A stretch of DNA of 64,000 nt from a virus (Duplodnaviria; Caudoviricetes), in IMG/VR virus record IMGVR_UViG_3300030330_004274, positions 96,001-160,000 of that record; one strand, given 5' to 3'. A program made the translations under genes and the position numbers. Of the stretch, positions 42,820 to 53,825 are shown piece after piece. Positions within the stretch are counted from its first letter, which is position 1; the number at the start of each line of letters is the position of its first letter. Under the pieces are notes generated by a model. It searched no databases, had not been told where the DNA came from, and worked only from the letters and a program-made list of their open reading frames with translations.

Positions 42820-45800
42820 GTGGCTATTAACATTAAACCAGATTCGCCTAATTCAATTTTAATTAGTGGTAGTAATAACCAAATTGAAGTTAAAACTTCA
42901 AATAGTAGTGCTAATAATATTACCATATCTCAAGGTGAAACCAAAACAGTAAATGTAACTGCACTTGGACCTCAAGGGTCTCAAGGAATACAAGGTGTTC
43001 AAGGATTACCTGGTAATATAACTGGTTCGGTTACTAATATTACTGCAAGTGGAACTATAATGGGATATGATAACTTTTTGTTAAGAGATGGAGGCCCAAC
43101 TGGAGACAAAGTCGTTGATATATTAAATTCATCCGATGATGGTCTTATAAGAGTTTATCAAAATAATTCAGTTAAAGCAAGAATACACGGAAATGGAACA
43201 TCATATTTTGATGGTGGAAATGTTGGTATAGGTACTGGTCATACTGTACCGAAGGAATTAACCGTAGAAGGTGACATAAGTTCAAGTGGTGCAATCAATA
43301 CTTTATCACACATAACCGCAAGTGGAAACATAAGTTCAAGTGGTATTTTATACAATGATGAAATATATTCTGATGGGGGAGTAAGAGTTCAACTTACCGA
43401 TGGTACTTATCAAAGAGCAGTTGTACCAAGTACCTCTGATAATATTCAGTTTGGTGATGCCGGTGTTGATGATTTAAAATTTAAAAATGCTGCAGGTAAT
43501 GCGGTTGTAATTAAAGAAAGTGGAAATGTTGGTATTGGAACACAAACTCCAACAGAAAAATTACAAGTTGTTGGTAATATTCTTACAAGTGGAGCAATCA
43601 AATCATCACATATAACTTCAAGTGGAAACATAAGTGGTAGTAATGGAAACATATTAGGATTTAATTCAGCCTCATTTAATTACATATCAGCATCACACAT
43701 TGATACTAATGCAGATTCATTGAGTATTGGTGGTGTATCAATGAATAAAACACTTTTACAAAATTTAAAACGAGGTTTTTCATCAACTTCTTTAACTGCA
43801 GTAGGAAAATCTGCAACAACTGGTTCTTTTTTAATTACTGGTTCATTAGAAGTAGATACAGGTGATAGAACTGTAACAATCGGTCCTATATCAAATGGAG
43901 CATCGGCCGATATAAGTGTTGCAGGTGGGGCTTTATTCTTACAATCTGATTCAGGTAATAATATTCAAGCAGGTGGCCCAATATGGCCATCTTCAACTTT
44001 AACAAAAGATTTAGGTTCATCAACAAGATTATGGAGAAGTCTTTCTGTTCAACATATATCTGCAAGTGGAACAATAAGTGGTAGTAGTGGTGATATAGTA
44101 GGATTTAATAATATAACTGCTGAGGGAGATTTATTTGTTAAACAATACATCAAACACAAAGGTGATGATAATACATTCATAAACTTTACTGATAATAGGA
44201 TTCGATTTAATGCTGGTGGTATTAATTTTTTGAGTTTAGACCAAGATGGTAGTGCTCCCTATCCTGCTACAGTTAATAATGGTGGTAATAGAATCAACTT
44301 TAGAGTTGTGGATAGAAATACCGACCTTCTTCTAAAAACTGATTCTGAATTATTTAAGGTTAACTTATATTATGCAGGTAATCAAAAATTAGAAACAACC
44401 ATAGGTGGTATTAATGTAACTGGTCACATAACTGCAAGTGGAGATATAAGTTCAAGTGGAACTACAACTACTGAAGATTTAATTGTTAAGGATAATGCAA
44501 CAGTTGCTGGTAATTTAGATATTGCTGATACGATATATCATACGGGAGATTCAAATACAAAGATAAGATTCCCTGCTGTCGATACGATTGCTTTTCATAC
44601 TTCTGGTGATGAACAAATGAGAATTGATTCAGCTGGAAACATAACCGCGAGTGGAAACATAACTGCAAGTGGTGATTTAAATATAACAAACATAACTGCA
44701 AGTGGAACTGGTACATTTAATAAATTAGAAGTACATAATCCAAGCCCAAAATTAATATTAAAAGATACAACTGATGATGACAATCATTCTATACAATTTA
44801 CAGACCCATCAAATGTAGTGCATTATCAAATAGATTCTGGAAATGATATTTTTAATTTTAAATCTGTTGTAAACAATCCAATGTCTTTTTGGACTAATAA
44901 TACCGAAAGAATAAGAATTTTAAATGATGGAAAAGTTGGTATCGGAACATCAAGTCCAACAAAACCATTACAAGTAGCAGGTGATATAAGTGCTAGTGGT
45001 GATTATTTTTCACCTGAGTTCTCATCAATTGGAGGACATATAACCGCAAGTGGAAACATCAGTGCAAGTGGAACAGGTACTCATCATTTTGGTGGCACCG
45101 TCCAATTAGATGGTAGTGGTTTAGTTATTCAAAATGATTCTACTACAGAAATTACTTTTACTGGAACGAATAATTCAAACATTACTTCACAAGGAAATCT
45201 GTATCTCAAAGCTGGTTCATCAAAGAAAATGTACTTTGGTGCAAACAATACTGATGAACAAGTTGCAATAGATACAAATGGATTTGTTGGTATCGGAACA
45301 ACAAGTCCAGATGCTCCTTTACATATAAGTAGTTCTGATAATGTAGCAGCAATATTTGGTTCAACTGATTCTCTTTCCTATATATCTTTTCTGACACCAA
45401 CTACTGATGATAAGAATAGTGTTAGAGTAGGAGCCGTTGGAAATCAATTACAATTTATAGCAGGTGGTTCAGAAGCTGTTAGAATTAATGGTAGTGGAAA
45501 TGTCGGTATCGGAACAACTGCTCCAACAAAAAAATTACAAGTAGCAGGTGATATAAGTGCGAGTGGTGATATTCATTTAAATAATACTAAAGCTTTAAAA
45601 ATACAAAATGCAGCTGGAACTTCAACTCAAGTTGTAAAAGTTGATTCTGGTGATGATATTTATATTGGACATCCTAATTTTGATAACATATATGTACAAG
45701 GTAGTGGTGGAACTATTATGACACTACTTGGTACTGGTAATGTTGGAATCGGAACAACAAATCCAACTGTCAAATTGGATGTAGAAAGTAGTGATGATTT

Positions 45801-48800
45801 ATTGGCTACTTTTGTCTCAACGGATAATAAAGCAATTGTACAAATAAAAGATAATGATACAGTAGGATATATCTCTGCAGAAAATTCACATCTTTCATTA
45901 GGTGGGAACACTGGTGTTAATACAAATAATTTAAATATAGCAACTGCAAGTGGACATGTTTCTATTGGAACAACCAACCATACAAAAGAATTAACCATAG
46001 AAGGTTCAATGAGTGCAAGTGGATTCATACACGCATCAGGTTCAATTTTAGGAACTCAAGATGACCCATCAAGAATTTTTGATAAGAATAAAGATTTATT
46101 TATTTCTGCATCTGATGATTTATTTTTAAAAGCAGATGATATTAATATTCAAACTCATGCCGGTGGTAATTGGATAACATTAAATGGTGGTGATGGGAAG
46201 ATGGGTATCGGAGATAGTAGCCCAACAGAAAAATTAGTAGTAGATGGTAACATAAGTGCAAGTGGTAGAATATATATAGGTGATGGTACAGAAGCATTAC
46301 CTTCTCTCACATTTGGATTATCTACAGATACAGGACTTTATAGAAGGTCTAATAATGTAATTGGATTCTCTGCGGGTGGTGATGGACAGATGACTCTTAA
46401 TGAAACAGGTGTTAGTATTGGTGAGGGTTATGTTGCAAACAATAATACACCTGCAAATGCAAATGGTTTAATTGTTGAAGGTAGAGTTGGTATTGGAAAT
46501 CCAGCACCATCAAAAACCTTAACTGTAGCTGGTGATATAAGTGCTAGTGGAAATCTTTTTGTTGTAGGTGCAATTTCAGCATCTTCAATCAATACAACAA
46601 TCGTATCATCTTCTGTACTTTTCACAAGTGGTTCAAATATCATTGGTGATTCTGTTACTGATAAACATCATTTTACAGGTTCAGTTTCTATAAGTGGTTC
46701 AGGACCACAATTAAATGTTAGAGGTGATATTCCAAAATTAAGATTAGAAGATACGAATGCAACCAATAAGGCATTTGGTGAAGTTTTACATTCTAATGGT
46801 GTATTAACTTTAAGGGCTGATGAGGATGGTGATGTAGGTGGTTCTATGATTACTATGGAAATTGATGGTACTCAAAAAATAAAAATTTTAAATGATGGAA
46901 AAATGGGTATTTCAAATACTACAATAACTCCAACAAAACAATTACAAGTAGAAGGTGATATAAGTGCAAGTGGTGATTTATTTGTTAGAACTGGTTCGTT
47001 TGGTATAGGTGATAAAATGTTTATTCATGCTGATAGTAGTAATTCCGACATAGTTGCCAACAACAATCATTTTCAACTAAGAACAAATAGAACACAAGAT
47101 GCAATAAAAATTAAACCAAACAATACTGATGTAATGTTTATTAGTGCTAGTGGTAATGTTGGTATTGGAACAACAACTCCTGTATTTTCAAGTGGTACAG
47201 GTTTAATGATTAACGATTCAACTCAAGCAAATTTAAGATTAGCAGATGGAAGTGATTATACTGATGTTGCTAATTCTGCAGGTGACTTGTATTTAATTAA
47301 TAGAAAATCAACTGGTGATATTAAATTTAGAGTAAATACATCAACAGAAGCTATGACAATTGTTGAAAGTGGAAATATCGGTATCGGAACAACAAGTCCA
47401 CAACAATTATTGCATGTATCAGGTGGTGGTGTAAGAATTTCACCTGTTCACGGAAATGTAGCTTCATTACAATTAGAAGATACACGAGCAAGTTATGTTG
47501 GTCAAATCGCACAACGCTCTGATGGTAGAATATCAATAACTACTCGAACAGGTGTATTTGGAAACTCTGGAAGTTTAGAAATACTTGATACTGGAAGAAT
47601 TGGTATTGGAACAACAAGTCCAGACACACTACTACACATTAGTGGTACTAACAATGTAAACCTTTTAAAACTTGATGCACCAAAAGGTGAATTTGTATTT
47701 AAAACAAATTCAACATCAGGTTATACAAGTAATTTTCTATTAGATGATACGGGTTTGGATATAGGACACGATAGTGTTCATAGAGCATTGAATTTAAAAA
47801 CTGGTGCTGAAGATAGACTTACAATTCTTGGTGGTGGAAAAGTCGGTATTGGAACAACAAGTCCAGAAGCAGGACACACAACAGGTGCAGGATTAACAAT
47901 ACAAAATAATGGTACTATGGCAAGTACTGCTTCATTTGCAGCTGCTAGAATATCATCTTCTTTATTATTAAAATCCAGTGATAATCAATTTCTTGCTTTT
48001 GATATGAATGAAATATCTCAATATGGTGATAGTTTACATCTTGCTGCATTAGGTAATGCAACTAATGATGGTAACATTTTTATTAAAGCCAATGCAAATA
48101 GTGCAACTTCTATGACCACAAGAATGTTCATTTCATCAAGTGGAAATATCGGTATCGGAACAACCGCTCCAACAGAAAAACTTTCAGTAAAAGGTGGATA
48201 CATTATAGCAACTGGTTCTTCTCATACTCACGGATTTGTATTAGATAGAGCAGGTATTGATACATACTCAATAAGACCTCTTGATGGTGGATTAACAATT
48301 TATAATGAAACTGAAACTCGTAAAGAAATGACTTTCGATGGGACAGGAAAAGTTGGTATTGGAAATCAGAATCCAACTCATAAATTAACAGTTGGTGGTG
48401 ATATAAGTGCAAGTGGTAATTTACTTTTAGGTGGTGGGATAACTTCAAGTAAAGATATAGTTCTTGACGATTTTGCCGATGCTGCTATAAGATTCAAAGA
48501 TGGTTCTGGTGCCACAACTAATAATTTTTTAGAAAATGACCAATGGAAACAATCAGCTACTCTTGGAACAACTATAAACAATACAGCAGGAATAATTAAA
48601 TTAGAATCTAAAGGTGTTTCTAATGGATTAGTATTAAGTGGTTCAAATGTTGGTATCGGAACATCCGATATTAAAAATGGATTACATATTAGTGGTTCGA
48701 CTGGAACAACATCAGGTATCAGACAATCAAGAGCTGGTGTTAAAATATGGAATCAAGAAATTGACTCAAATGGAAGACTTCAATGGGGTTATCGTTCAAC

Positions 48801-51800
48801 TGAAGCGGGAAGTAGAACCACAACATTTACATTAGATGATAATAACAATGTTGGTATTGGTGTAGCTGCACCATCAACTAAACTTCATATAGTTGAAACT
48901 GGTAGTAGTAATTCTCAATTAAGAATAGAATCTACTGGTTCAGGTGGAGGTGAAAATGTAGCTGGTATTAATTTATATGCAGATAATGATTTTGCACAAG
49001 AAGCATATTTTAGAATGGGTGATGATGGTTTAAAAATTGGAACTACTGATAATGAAGATATAACTTTTGAAACTGATAATGGAGATAAATCACTTGTTCT
49101 TAAACATAATGCAGGTCAACCAAATGATGTAGGTTTTCACGGAGTTGGTAGTTCAAATACACTATTTATTTCTCAAAGTGGTCAAGTTGGTATAGCTAAG
49201 GGTGGAAAAAATTGGAGTACTAATGGCCCAACAGGTTCTCTTTGTATTGAGGCAATACAAACTCTATCAGGTTCATTTTGGCAATCCCCACATATAAAAT
49301 TACAATCAAGAAATACTTCCAACTATGAAGGTAGAGTTGGTATGACATTTGAAACAAGTACCAATAGAGGTGGATATGGTTTTTCAATTGGTGCTAATAG
49401 ATACCATACCGATGGTAGACCTGCGTTTACAATTAATAGTCATTATGGTGGTAATGATTTATCAAGAGGGTCTGGTAATGAAATTATTAGAGTTGATGGA
49501 TATAATAATAGAGTTGGTATTGGTGTAAATGAATTTACAAGTTCTGTTCCATCAACAGTATTGCATGTTAAAGATAACCATCTTGATTATAGAGTGGGTG
49601 TTAATGGTATAGGAACAATTCATTCTTCATCTGGAACACACGGTATGGCTGATTTCACAATTACAGATAAAGATAATAGTGATACAAGAGCTGCTCTACA
49701 AGTTCAAGGTAACAATGGTAATACGGAAGTGTTGTTTGCTGCGAGTAGTGGAAAAGTTGGTATCGGAACAACAAGTCCATCACAAACTTTAACCGTAGCA
49801 GGAGGAATTAGTTCAAGTGGTGATTTAACTGTTGGTAATCAAGTGGGAAGTGCTGTTAATGCATATGGAACATTACAAGTAAATCAACCAGCAGATAATG
49901 ATGAAAATGGAATAGGAATCATTAATTCAACTAATCAAAGAAGTTTAAGAATATATGTAGATGGTAGTAATAATTCAATTCTTAATAGTGGTGATGGTGG
50001 TGGACAAAATCTTATTTTAAATGAAGGTGCTGGTAAAGTAGGTATCGGAACAACAAGTCCAACAACATTATTCCATATACACAAAGAAATGACTAACAAC
50101 GCTGATAATAGTTTAATGACTATACAAGGTGATTTGGCTGCAGGAGATTTAGGTACTGAAAAAGTATTAATAGACTTCACGATGACGGATAACAATGATA
50201 ATAACTATCCACAAGTCAAAATAGGTGCGGCAGTAGGAAGAAATGCAGACGCAGATAGTTTAGCTAAAGAAGGTAGTGGAGCATTTGTTGTATATACTTC
50301 ACCTGGTTCATCTAATACTGATGGAGAAGATAATACAGCGGAAAGAATGCGAGTTGATTATCTTGGAAATGTTGGTATCGGAACAACAAGTCCAGACCAA
50401 CTTTTACATATTCAAGATGACAATCATTTACAATTAAAATTAGATTCATCACAAGGTTCGGATAAAGATATTACACTAAGATTTACATCATCAGCTCAAA
50501 CTTGGGATTTCAAACAATATGCTCAAGGTAATTTAAATGACCATCAATATGGAATGCATTTAGTTGATGTTACAAATAGTAGTAAAGCACCATTTAGTGT
50601 TTTCCCTAATAATGCATCTAAAACATTAGTATTAAGTGGTTCAAGAGTTGGTATCGGAACATCAAGTCCAGAAAAACTATTAGATGTAAAAGCAACTGGT
50701 GATAACGATGGGATACGATTGGAGAGGGCTGGTGGTACAGATGTTGTTGCTTTATTAAATCAAGCTGCTACAGATGCTGCAGAATTTGGATTATATGATG
50801 GTGGTGTTAAAAAAATACATATTACATCCGCTAATGGTAACGATAATTATTTTAATAATGGTGGAAATGTTGGTATCGGAACATCAAGTCCAACTGAAAA
50901 ATTAGAATTAGCAAGTGGTGGTAAAATAAAACTAACTTCAACAAGTGCAACTTCAGGTTCAGTTATTGTTTTAGCTCACGATACTGAGGCTATACTATCA
51001 ACAGAAAACGATAGTGCTACTAATGACCCAATACAATTTGTTTTAAAACATAATATGGGTGACACAGAATTAATCAATAGAAGAGGTGATTTAATATTAT
51101 CTGCTAGTGGAAACATTGGTATCGGAACAAAAAGTCCAAATAGAGATTTCCATCTTTCTGGCTCAGGTGTCGTACGATTAGCTATTGATGGACAAGGTGG
51201 AAATAATGCAAGACTTCATTTTCAAGAAGGTGGTGCGGAAAGAATGAACATTGGTTTTAATCCAACTGGTAAATATTTTGATTTTTATGATGGTGCAAAT
51301 ACATTTGCTAAATTTTATAGTGGTAGTAATTCTGCTAATACACTTGTTGCAAGTAGTTCAAAAATAGGTATTGGAACAGCAACTCCTGATAATCCTTTAC
51401 ACATTGTTTATAATAGTAGTGCAGGAGAAGGTTCTGTTCAAAACAATACAGGTGCTGTTGGTTTACAGATTGAAAATACTAATGCGGATGGAGTCGCAGC
51501 TATACATTTAAGGTCATCAGATTCTGATGGTTATATATTGTATGATGATTCAGGTGCTAACAAAGGAGATTTTTATTTTAAAACAGATGGTCAAGATGGT
51601 GATGCTGTTTTAACTTTATTAGATGGTGGAAATGTCGGTATCGGAACAGAGAGTCCAGCACAAAAATTAGAAGTAGTTGGAAACATAAGTGCAAGTGGAA
51701 CTATATACGCAGACCAATTTAATGATGGTGGAACTAATCTAAATGTACCAGATTATGTTTTTGAACCAGAGTATAGATTAAGAACATTAACAGAGGTAGA

Positions 51801-51978
51801 AGAACATATATCTGCTTCTAAACATTTACCAGGTATCCCATCAATTGATGATATAAATGGGTGGAAAGAACTATCAGTAGGTGATAGAGATATGAAACTT
51901 CTTGAAAAAGTTGAGGAATTAACACTATACATTATCAGTTTACAAAAACAAATTAATGAGTTAAAAAACTCTAAATAA
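42820..51978 (+). CDS. Giant fibre protein (3052 aa) with C-terminal chaperone-like domain
   Basis: GTG start with AAGGAG. Short collagen-like GPQGSQGIQGVQG, more than 20 GNVGIGT.SP...L.V.G.ISASG repeats, PDYVF...HLPGIPS...LLEKVEELTLY C-terminus. Confidence 0.85.
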   Translation: MAINIKPDSPNSILISGSNNQIEVKTSNSSANNITISQGETKTVNVTALGPQGSQGIQGVQGLPGNITGSVTNITASGTIMGYDNFLLRDGGPTGDKVVDILNSSDDGLIRVYQNNSVKARIHGNGTSYFDGGNVGIGTGHTVPKELTVEGDISSSGAINTLSHITASGNISSSGILYNDEIYSDGGVRVQLTDGTYQRAVVPSTSDNIQFGDAGVDDLKFKNAAGNAVVIKESGNVGIGTQTPTEKLQVVGNILTSGAIKSSHITSSGNISGSNGNILGFNSASFNYISASHIDTNADSLSIGGVSMNKTLLQNLKRGFSSTSLTAVGKSATTGSFLITGSLEVDTGDRTVTIGPISNGASADISVAGGALFLQSDSGNNIQAGGPIWPSSTLTKDLGSSTRLWRSLSVQHISASGTISGSSGDIVGFNNITAEGDLFVKQYIKHKGDDNTFINFTDNRIRFNAGGINFLSLDQDGSAPYPATVNNGGNRINFRVVDRNTDLLLKTDSELFKVNLYYAGNQKLETTIGGINVTGHITASGDISSSGTTTTEDLIVKDNATVAGNLDIADTIYHTGDSNTKIRFPAVDTIAFHTSGDEQMRIDSAGNITASGNITASGDLNITNITASGTGTFNKLEVHNPSPKLILKDTTDDDNHSIQFTDPSNVVHYQIDSGNDIFNFKSVVNNPMSFWTNNTERIRILNDGKVGIGTSSPTKPLQVAGDISASGDYFSPEFSSIGGHITASGNISASGTGTHHFGGTVQLDGSGLVIQNDSTTEITFTGTNNSNITSQGNLYLKAGSSKKMYFGANNTDEQVAIDTNGFVGIGTTSPDAPLHISSSDNVAAIFGSTDSLSYISFLTPTTDDKNSVRVGAVGNQLQFIAGGSEAVRINGSGNVGIGTTAPTKKLQVAGDISASGDIHLNNTKALKIQNAAGTSTQVVKVDSGDDIYIGHPNFDNIYVQGSGGTIMTLLGTGNVGIGTTNPTVKLDVESSDDLLATFVSTDNKAIVQIKDNDTVGYISAENSHLSLGGNTGVNTNNLNIATASGHVSIGTTNHTKELTIEGSMSASGFIHASGSILGTQDDPSRIFDKNKDLFISASDDLFLKADDINIQTHAGGNWITLNGGDGKMGIGDSSPTEKLVVDGNISASGRIYIGDGTEALPSLTFGLSTDTGLYRRSNNVIGFSAGGDGQMTLNETGVSIGEGYVANNNTPANANGLIVEGRVGIGNPAPSKTLTVAGDISASGNLFVVGAISASSINTTIVSSSVLFTSGSNIIGDSVTDKHHFTGSVSISGSGPQLNVRGDIPKLRLEDTNATNKAFGEVLHSNGVLTLRADEDGDVGGSMITMEIDGTQKIKILNDGKMGISNTTITPTKQLQVEGDISASGDLFVRTGSFGIGDKMFIHADSSNSDIVANNNHFQLRTNRTQDAIKIKPNNTDVMFISASGNVGIGTTTPVFSSGTGLMINDSTQANLRLADGSDYTDVANSAGDLYLINRKSTGDIKFRVNTSTEAMTIVESGNIGIGTTSPQQLLHVSGGGVRISPVHGNVASLQLEDTRASYVGQIAQRSDGRISITTRTGVFGNSGSLEILDTGRIGIGTTSPDTLLHISGTNNVNLLKLDAPKGEFVFKTNSTSGYTSNFLLDDTGLDIGHDSVHRALNLKTGAEDRLTILGGGKVGIGTTSPEAGHTTGAGLTIQNNGTMASTASFAAARISSSLLLKSSDNQFLAFDMNEISQYGDSLHLAALGNATNDGNIFIKANANSATSMTTRMFISSSGNIGIGTTAPTEKLSVKGGYIIATGSSHTHGFVLDRAGIDTYSIRPLDGGLTIYNETETRKEMTFDGTGKVGIGNQNPTHKLTVGGDISASGNLLLGGGITSSKDIVLDDFADAAIRFKDGSGATTNNFLENDQWKQSATLGTTINNTAGIIKLESKGVSNGLVLSGSNVGIGTSDIKNGLHISGSTGTTSGIRQSRAGVKIWNQEIDSNGRLQWGYRSTEAGSRTTTFTLDDNNNVGIGVAAPSTKLHIVETGSSNSQLRIESTGSGGGENVAGINLYADNDFAQEAYFRMGDDGLKIGTTDNEDITFETDNGDKSLVLKHNAGQPNDVGFHGVGSSNTLFISQSGQVGIAKGGKNWSTNGPTGSLCIEAIQTLSGSFWQSPHIKLQSRNTSNYEGRVGMTFETSTNRGGYGFSIGANRYHTDGRPAFTINSHYGGNDLSRGSGNEIIRVDGYNNRVGIGVNEFTSSVPSTVLHVKDNHLDYRVGVNGIGTIHSSSGTHGMADFTITDKDNSDTRAALQVQGNNGNTEVLFAASSGKVGIGTTSPSQTLTVAGGISSSGDLTVGNQVGSAVNAYGTLQVNQPADNDENGIGIINSTNQRSLRIYVDGSNNSILNSGDGGGQNLILNEGAGKVGIGTTSPTTLFHIHKEMTNNADNSLMTIQGDLAAGDLGTEKVLIDFTMTDNNDNNYPQVKIGAAVGRNADADSLAKEGSGAFVVYTSPGSSNTDGEDNTAERMRVDYLGNVGIGTTSPDQLLHIQDDNHLQLKLDSSQGSDKDITLRFTSSAQTWDFKQYAQGNLNDHQYGMHLVDVTNSSKAPFSVFPNNASKTLVLSGSRVGIGTSSPEKLLDVKATGDNDGIRLERAGGTDVVALLNQAATDAAEFGLYDGGVKKIHITSANGNDNYFNNGGNVGIGTSSPTEKLELASGGKIKLTSTSATSGSVIVLAHDTEAILSTENDSATNDPIQFVLKHNMGDTELINRRGDLILSASGNIGIGTKSPNRDFHLSGSGVVRLAIDGQGGNNARLHFQEGGAERMNIGFNPTGKYFDFYDGANTFAKFYSGSNSANTLVASSSKIGIGTATPDNPLHIVYNSSAGEGSVQNNTGAVGLQIENTNADGVAAIHLRSSDSDGYILYDDSGANKGDFYFKTDGQDGDAVLTLLDGGNVGIGTESPAQKLEVVGNISASGTIYADQFNDGGTNLNVPDYVFEPEYRLRTLTEVEEHISASKHLPGIPSIDDINGWKELSVGDRDMKLLEKVEELTLYIISLQKQINELKNSK

Positions 51979-52004
51979 AATAAACCTTATTCTTCACTTT
52001 CCTT

Positions 52005-52020
52005 ATATTTATATATGAAT
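52005..52020 (+). promoter_or_regulatory. Late-promoter-like motif ATATTTATATATGAAT
   Basis: Exact copy of the motif. Confidence 0.7.
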
Positions 52021-52049
52021 GACTATATCTAATCTATAGGAGAATATAA

Positions 52050-53234
52050 ATGTCAAAATTTAGTTTTTTATATGAAGACCCAATTTCTTCTGGTGATGTT
52101 GTAGGTGAAACACCTCACGGAATTTATGATACAGATAGTGAATTTCAAAATGATAGTTTAACAGTTTGTAAATATGTAGCTAGAAAACTTGGACATCCAG
52201 TTATGCAGTTAGAGTATGATAAAAACTCTATTTATGCCTGTTTTGAAGAGGCTATTTCTGAATATTCACAACAAATAAATCATTACAATACAAAGAATTG
52301 GTTATGGGAACATTATGGTTCAACAAATAGACAGAGTGGTTCTACTTTTGGTGATATGGGTTCACACGAACCAGAATCGCCTCATTTAGGATTATCTGTC
52401 ACATTAGCAGAACAATATGGTGAAGCAGTTGGAGTAGGTGGTGGTGTAACTATGTTTACAGGTTCAATAACATTAACATCATCAAAACAAGTTTATGATT
52501 TAGAAAATGATGCAACTATAAGTTCTTCACATTCTAATGAAAGATTAGAAATACAACGAGTATTTAATCACGGACCAGCTGCAGTAACAAAATTTTATGA
52601 CCCATATGCAGGTTCATTTGACCAACAACAAATGTTAGACCAATTTGGTATGGGAGATGTTGCTCCTGCAGTTACATATATTATGAGACCTGTATCACAC
52701 GATATATCAAGGGCACAGGCAATTGAAACAAGTGATAAGATTAGAAAATCTGCATATTCATTTGAACTGATAAATAATCAATTAAGAATATTTCCAAGAC
52801 CAAAAGATGATGATGCAGGTGATAAAGTATATTTTCATTATTATCTTAAAACTGATAAAAATTCAACAACAAGAACTTGGACAAATTCAAAAGTATCAGA
52901 CCCATCCAATATACCTTATAAGTTTCTTACCTATGAGGAAATAAATGCAGCTGGTAGAAATTGGATAAGAAAATTCACACTTGCATTATCTAAAGAATTA
53001 TTAGGAATCATTAGAAGTAAATATGCTTCAATGCCACTTCCTAACGGTGATGTAACTTTGGATGGTGAATCACTCAAGGCAGAAGGTAGAGAAGAAAAAG
53101 AACAATTATTAACAGAGTTAAAAGAGTTTTTAGATTCTGTATCTTTATCAGAGGGTGCTAGAAAAGAACAAGAACAGGCAGAGGCACAACAACAAATATT
53201 GAACAAAGCCCCATTGGGTATTTACATAGGATAA
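52050..53234 (+). CDS. Neck protein (T4 gp13-like)
   Basis: RKLGHPVMQLE N-terminus, WIRKFTLALSKELLG.IRSKY...LPNG.VTLDG C-terminus. Confidence 0.85.
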   Translation: MSKFSFLYEDPISSGDVVGETPHGIYDTDSEFQNDSLTVCKYVARKLGHPVMQLEYDKNSIYACFEEAISEYSQQINHYNTKNWLWEHYGSTNRQSGSTFGDMGSHEPESPHLGLSVTLAEQYGEAVGVGGGVTMFTGSITLTSSKQVYDLENDATISSSHSNERLEIQRVFNHGPAAVTKFYDPYAGSFDQQQMLDQFGMGDVAPAVTYIMRPVSHDISRAQAIETSDKIRKSAYSFELINNQLRIFPRPKDDDAGDKVYFHYYLKTDKNSTTRTWTNSKVSDPSNIPYKFLTYEEINAAGRNWIRKFTLALSKELLGIIRSKYASMPLPNGDVTLDGESLKAEGREEKEQLLTELKEFLDSVSLSEGARKEQEQAEAQQQILNKAPLGIYIG

Positions 53235-53238
53235 GATT

Positions 53239-53709
53239 ATGGCAACTAAACCATTTTTTATACCACAAAAAGAATTTGATTTAATCAATGCAATGAATGA
53301 AGAATTGATTGATGATATTGTGGGACAATATGTAGATGTTTATAAAGTTAATGTAGAAAATACAGATGAAAATGTCTATGGTGAATCAACAACAAAATAT
53401 TATGATGTAGGATTTAGAGTAAATTGTTTGATAAATTATAACGAACCTGAGATAGTACAAGAAGAGTGGGGTGCAGATAAAAGGGGTTCAATTGAAATGT
53501 ATTTTCAAAGAGAAAATCTATCAAGTGGCTCATTAAACTTTTTTCCTGAAATTGGTGATATTGTTAATTGGAATGATATGTATTGGGAAATAGGTTCAGT
53601 AACAGAACCACAATTGTTTGCTGGTAACACAGAGTTTAAACATAATATTGTAGCAAAAGCAAACAAAAGTAGATTATCATCATTACAGATTGAAGAGAGA
53701 CCAAGATAA
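53239..53709 (+). CDS. Head closure/neck protein (gp14-like)
   Basis: ENVYGE...PEIGDIV.W....WEI motif, follows the gp13-like gene. Confidence 0.7.
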   Translation: MATKPFFIPQKEFDLINAMNEELIDDIVGQYVDVYKVNVENTDENVYGESTTKYYDVGFRVNCLINYNEPEIVQEEWGADKRGSIEMYFQRENLSSGSLNFFPEIGDIVNWNDMYWEIGSVTEPQLFAGNTEFKHNIVAKANKSRLSSLQIEERPR

Positions 53710-53825
53710 TGCCAAACAAAGCAGCTAAATTAAGAAAACAAGAAAGAAGAAAGAAGAATAAAATATTAGAGAAAACTGGTAGAACACCAGCTCAAATAAA
53801 AAGATTTAAAAAACGAGGACAATAA
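53709..53825 (+). CDS. Small very basic protein, 38 aa (absent from ORF track)
   Basis: MPNKAAKLRKQERRKKNKILEKTGRTPAQIKRFKKRGQ, TAATG-coupled on both sides. Confidence 0.65.
   Translation: MPNKAAKLRKQERRKKNKILEKTGRTPAQIKRFKKRGQ

Noticed and set aside
42820-51978. Diversity-generating retroelement or invertase-based fibre switching
   Set aside because: No reverse transcriptase or recombinase in the window, no adenine-specific TR/VR pair noticed, and the repeats are direct and coding.
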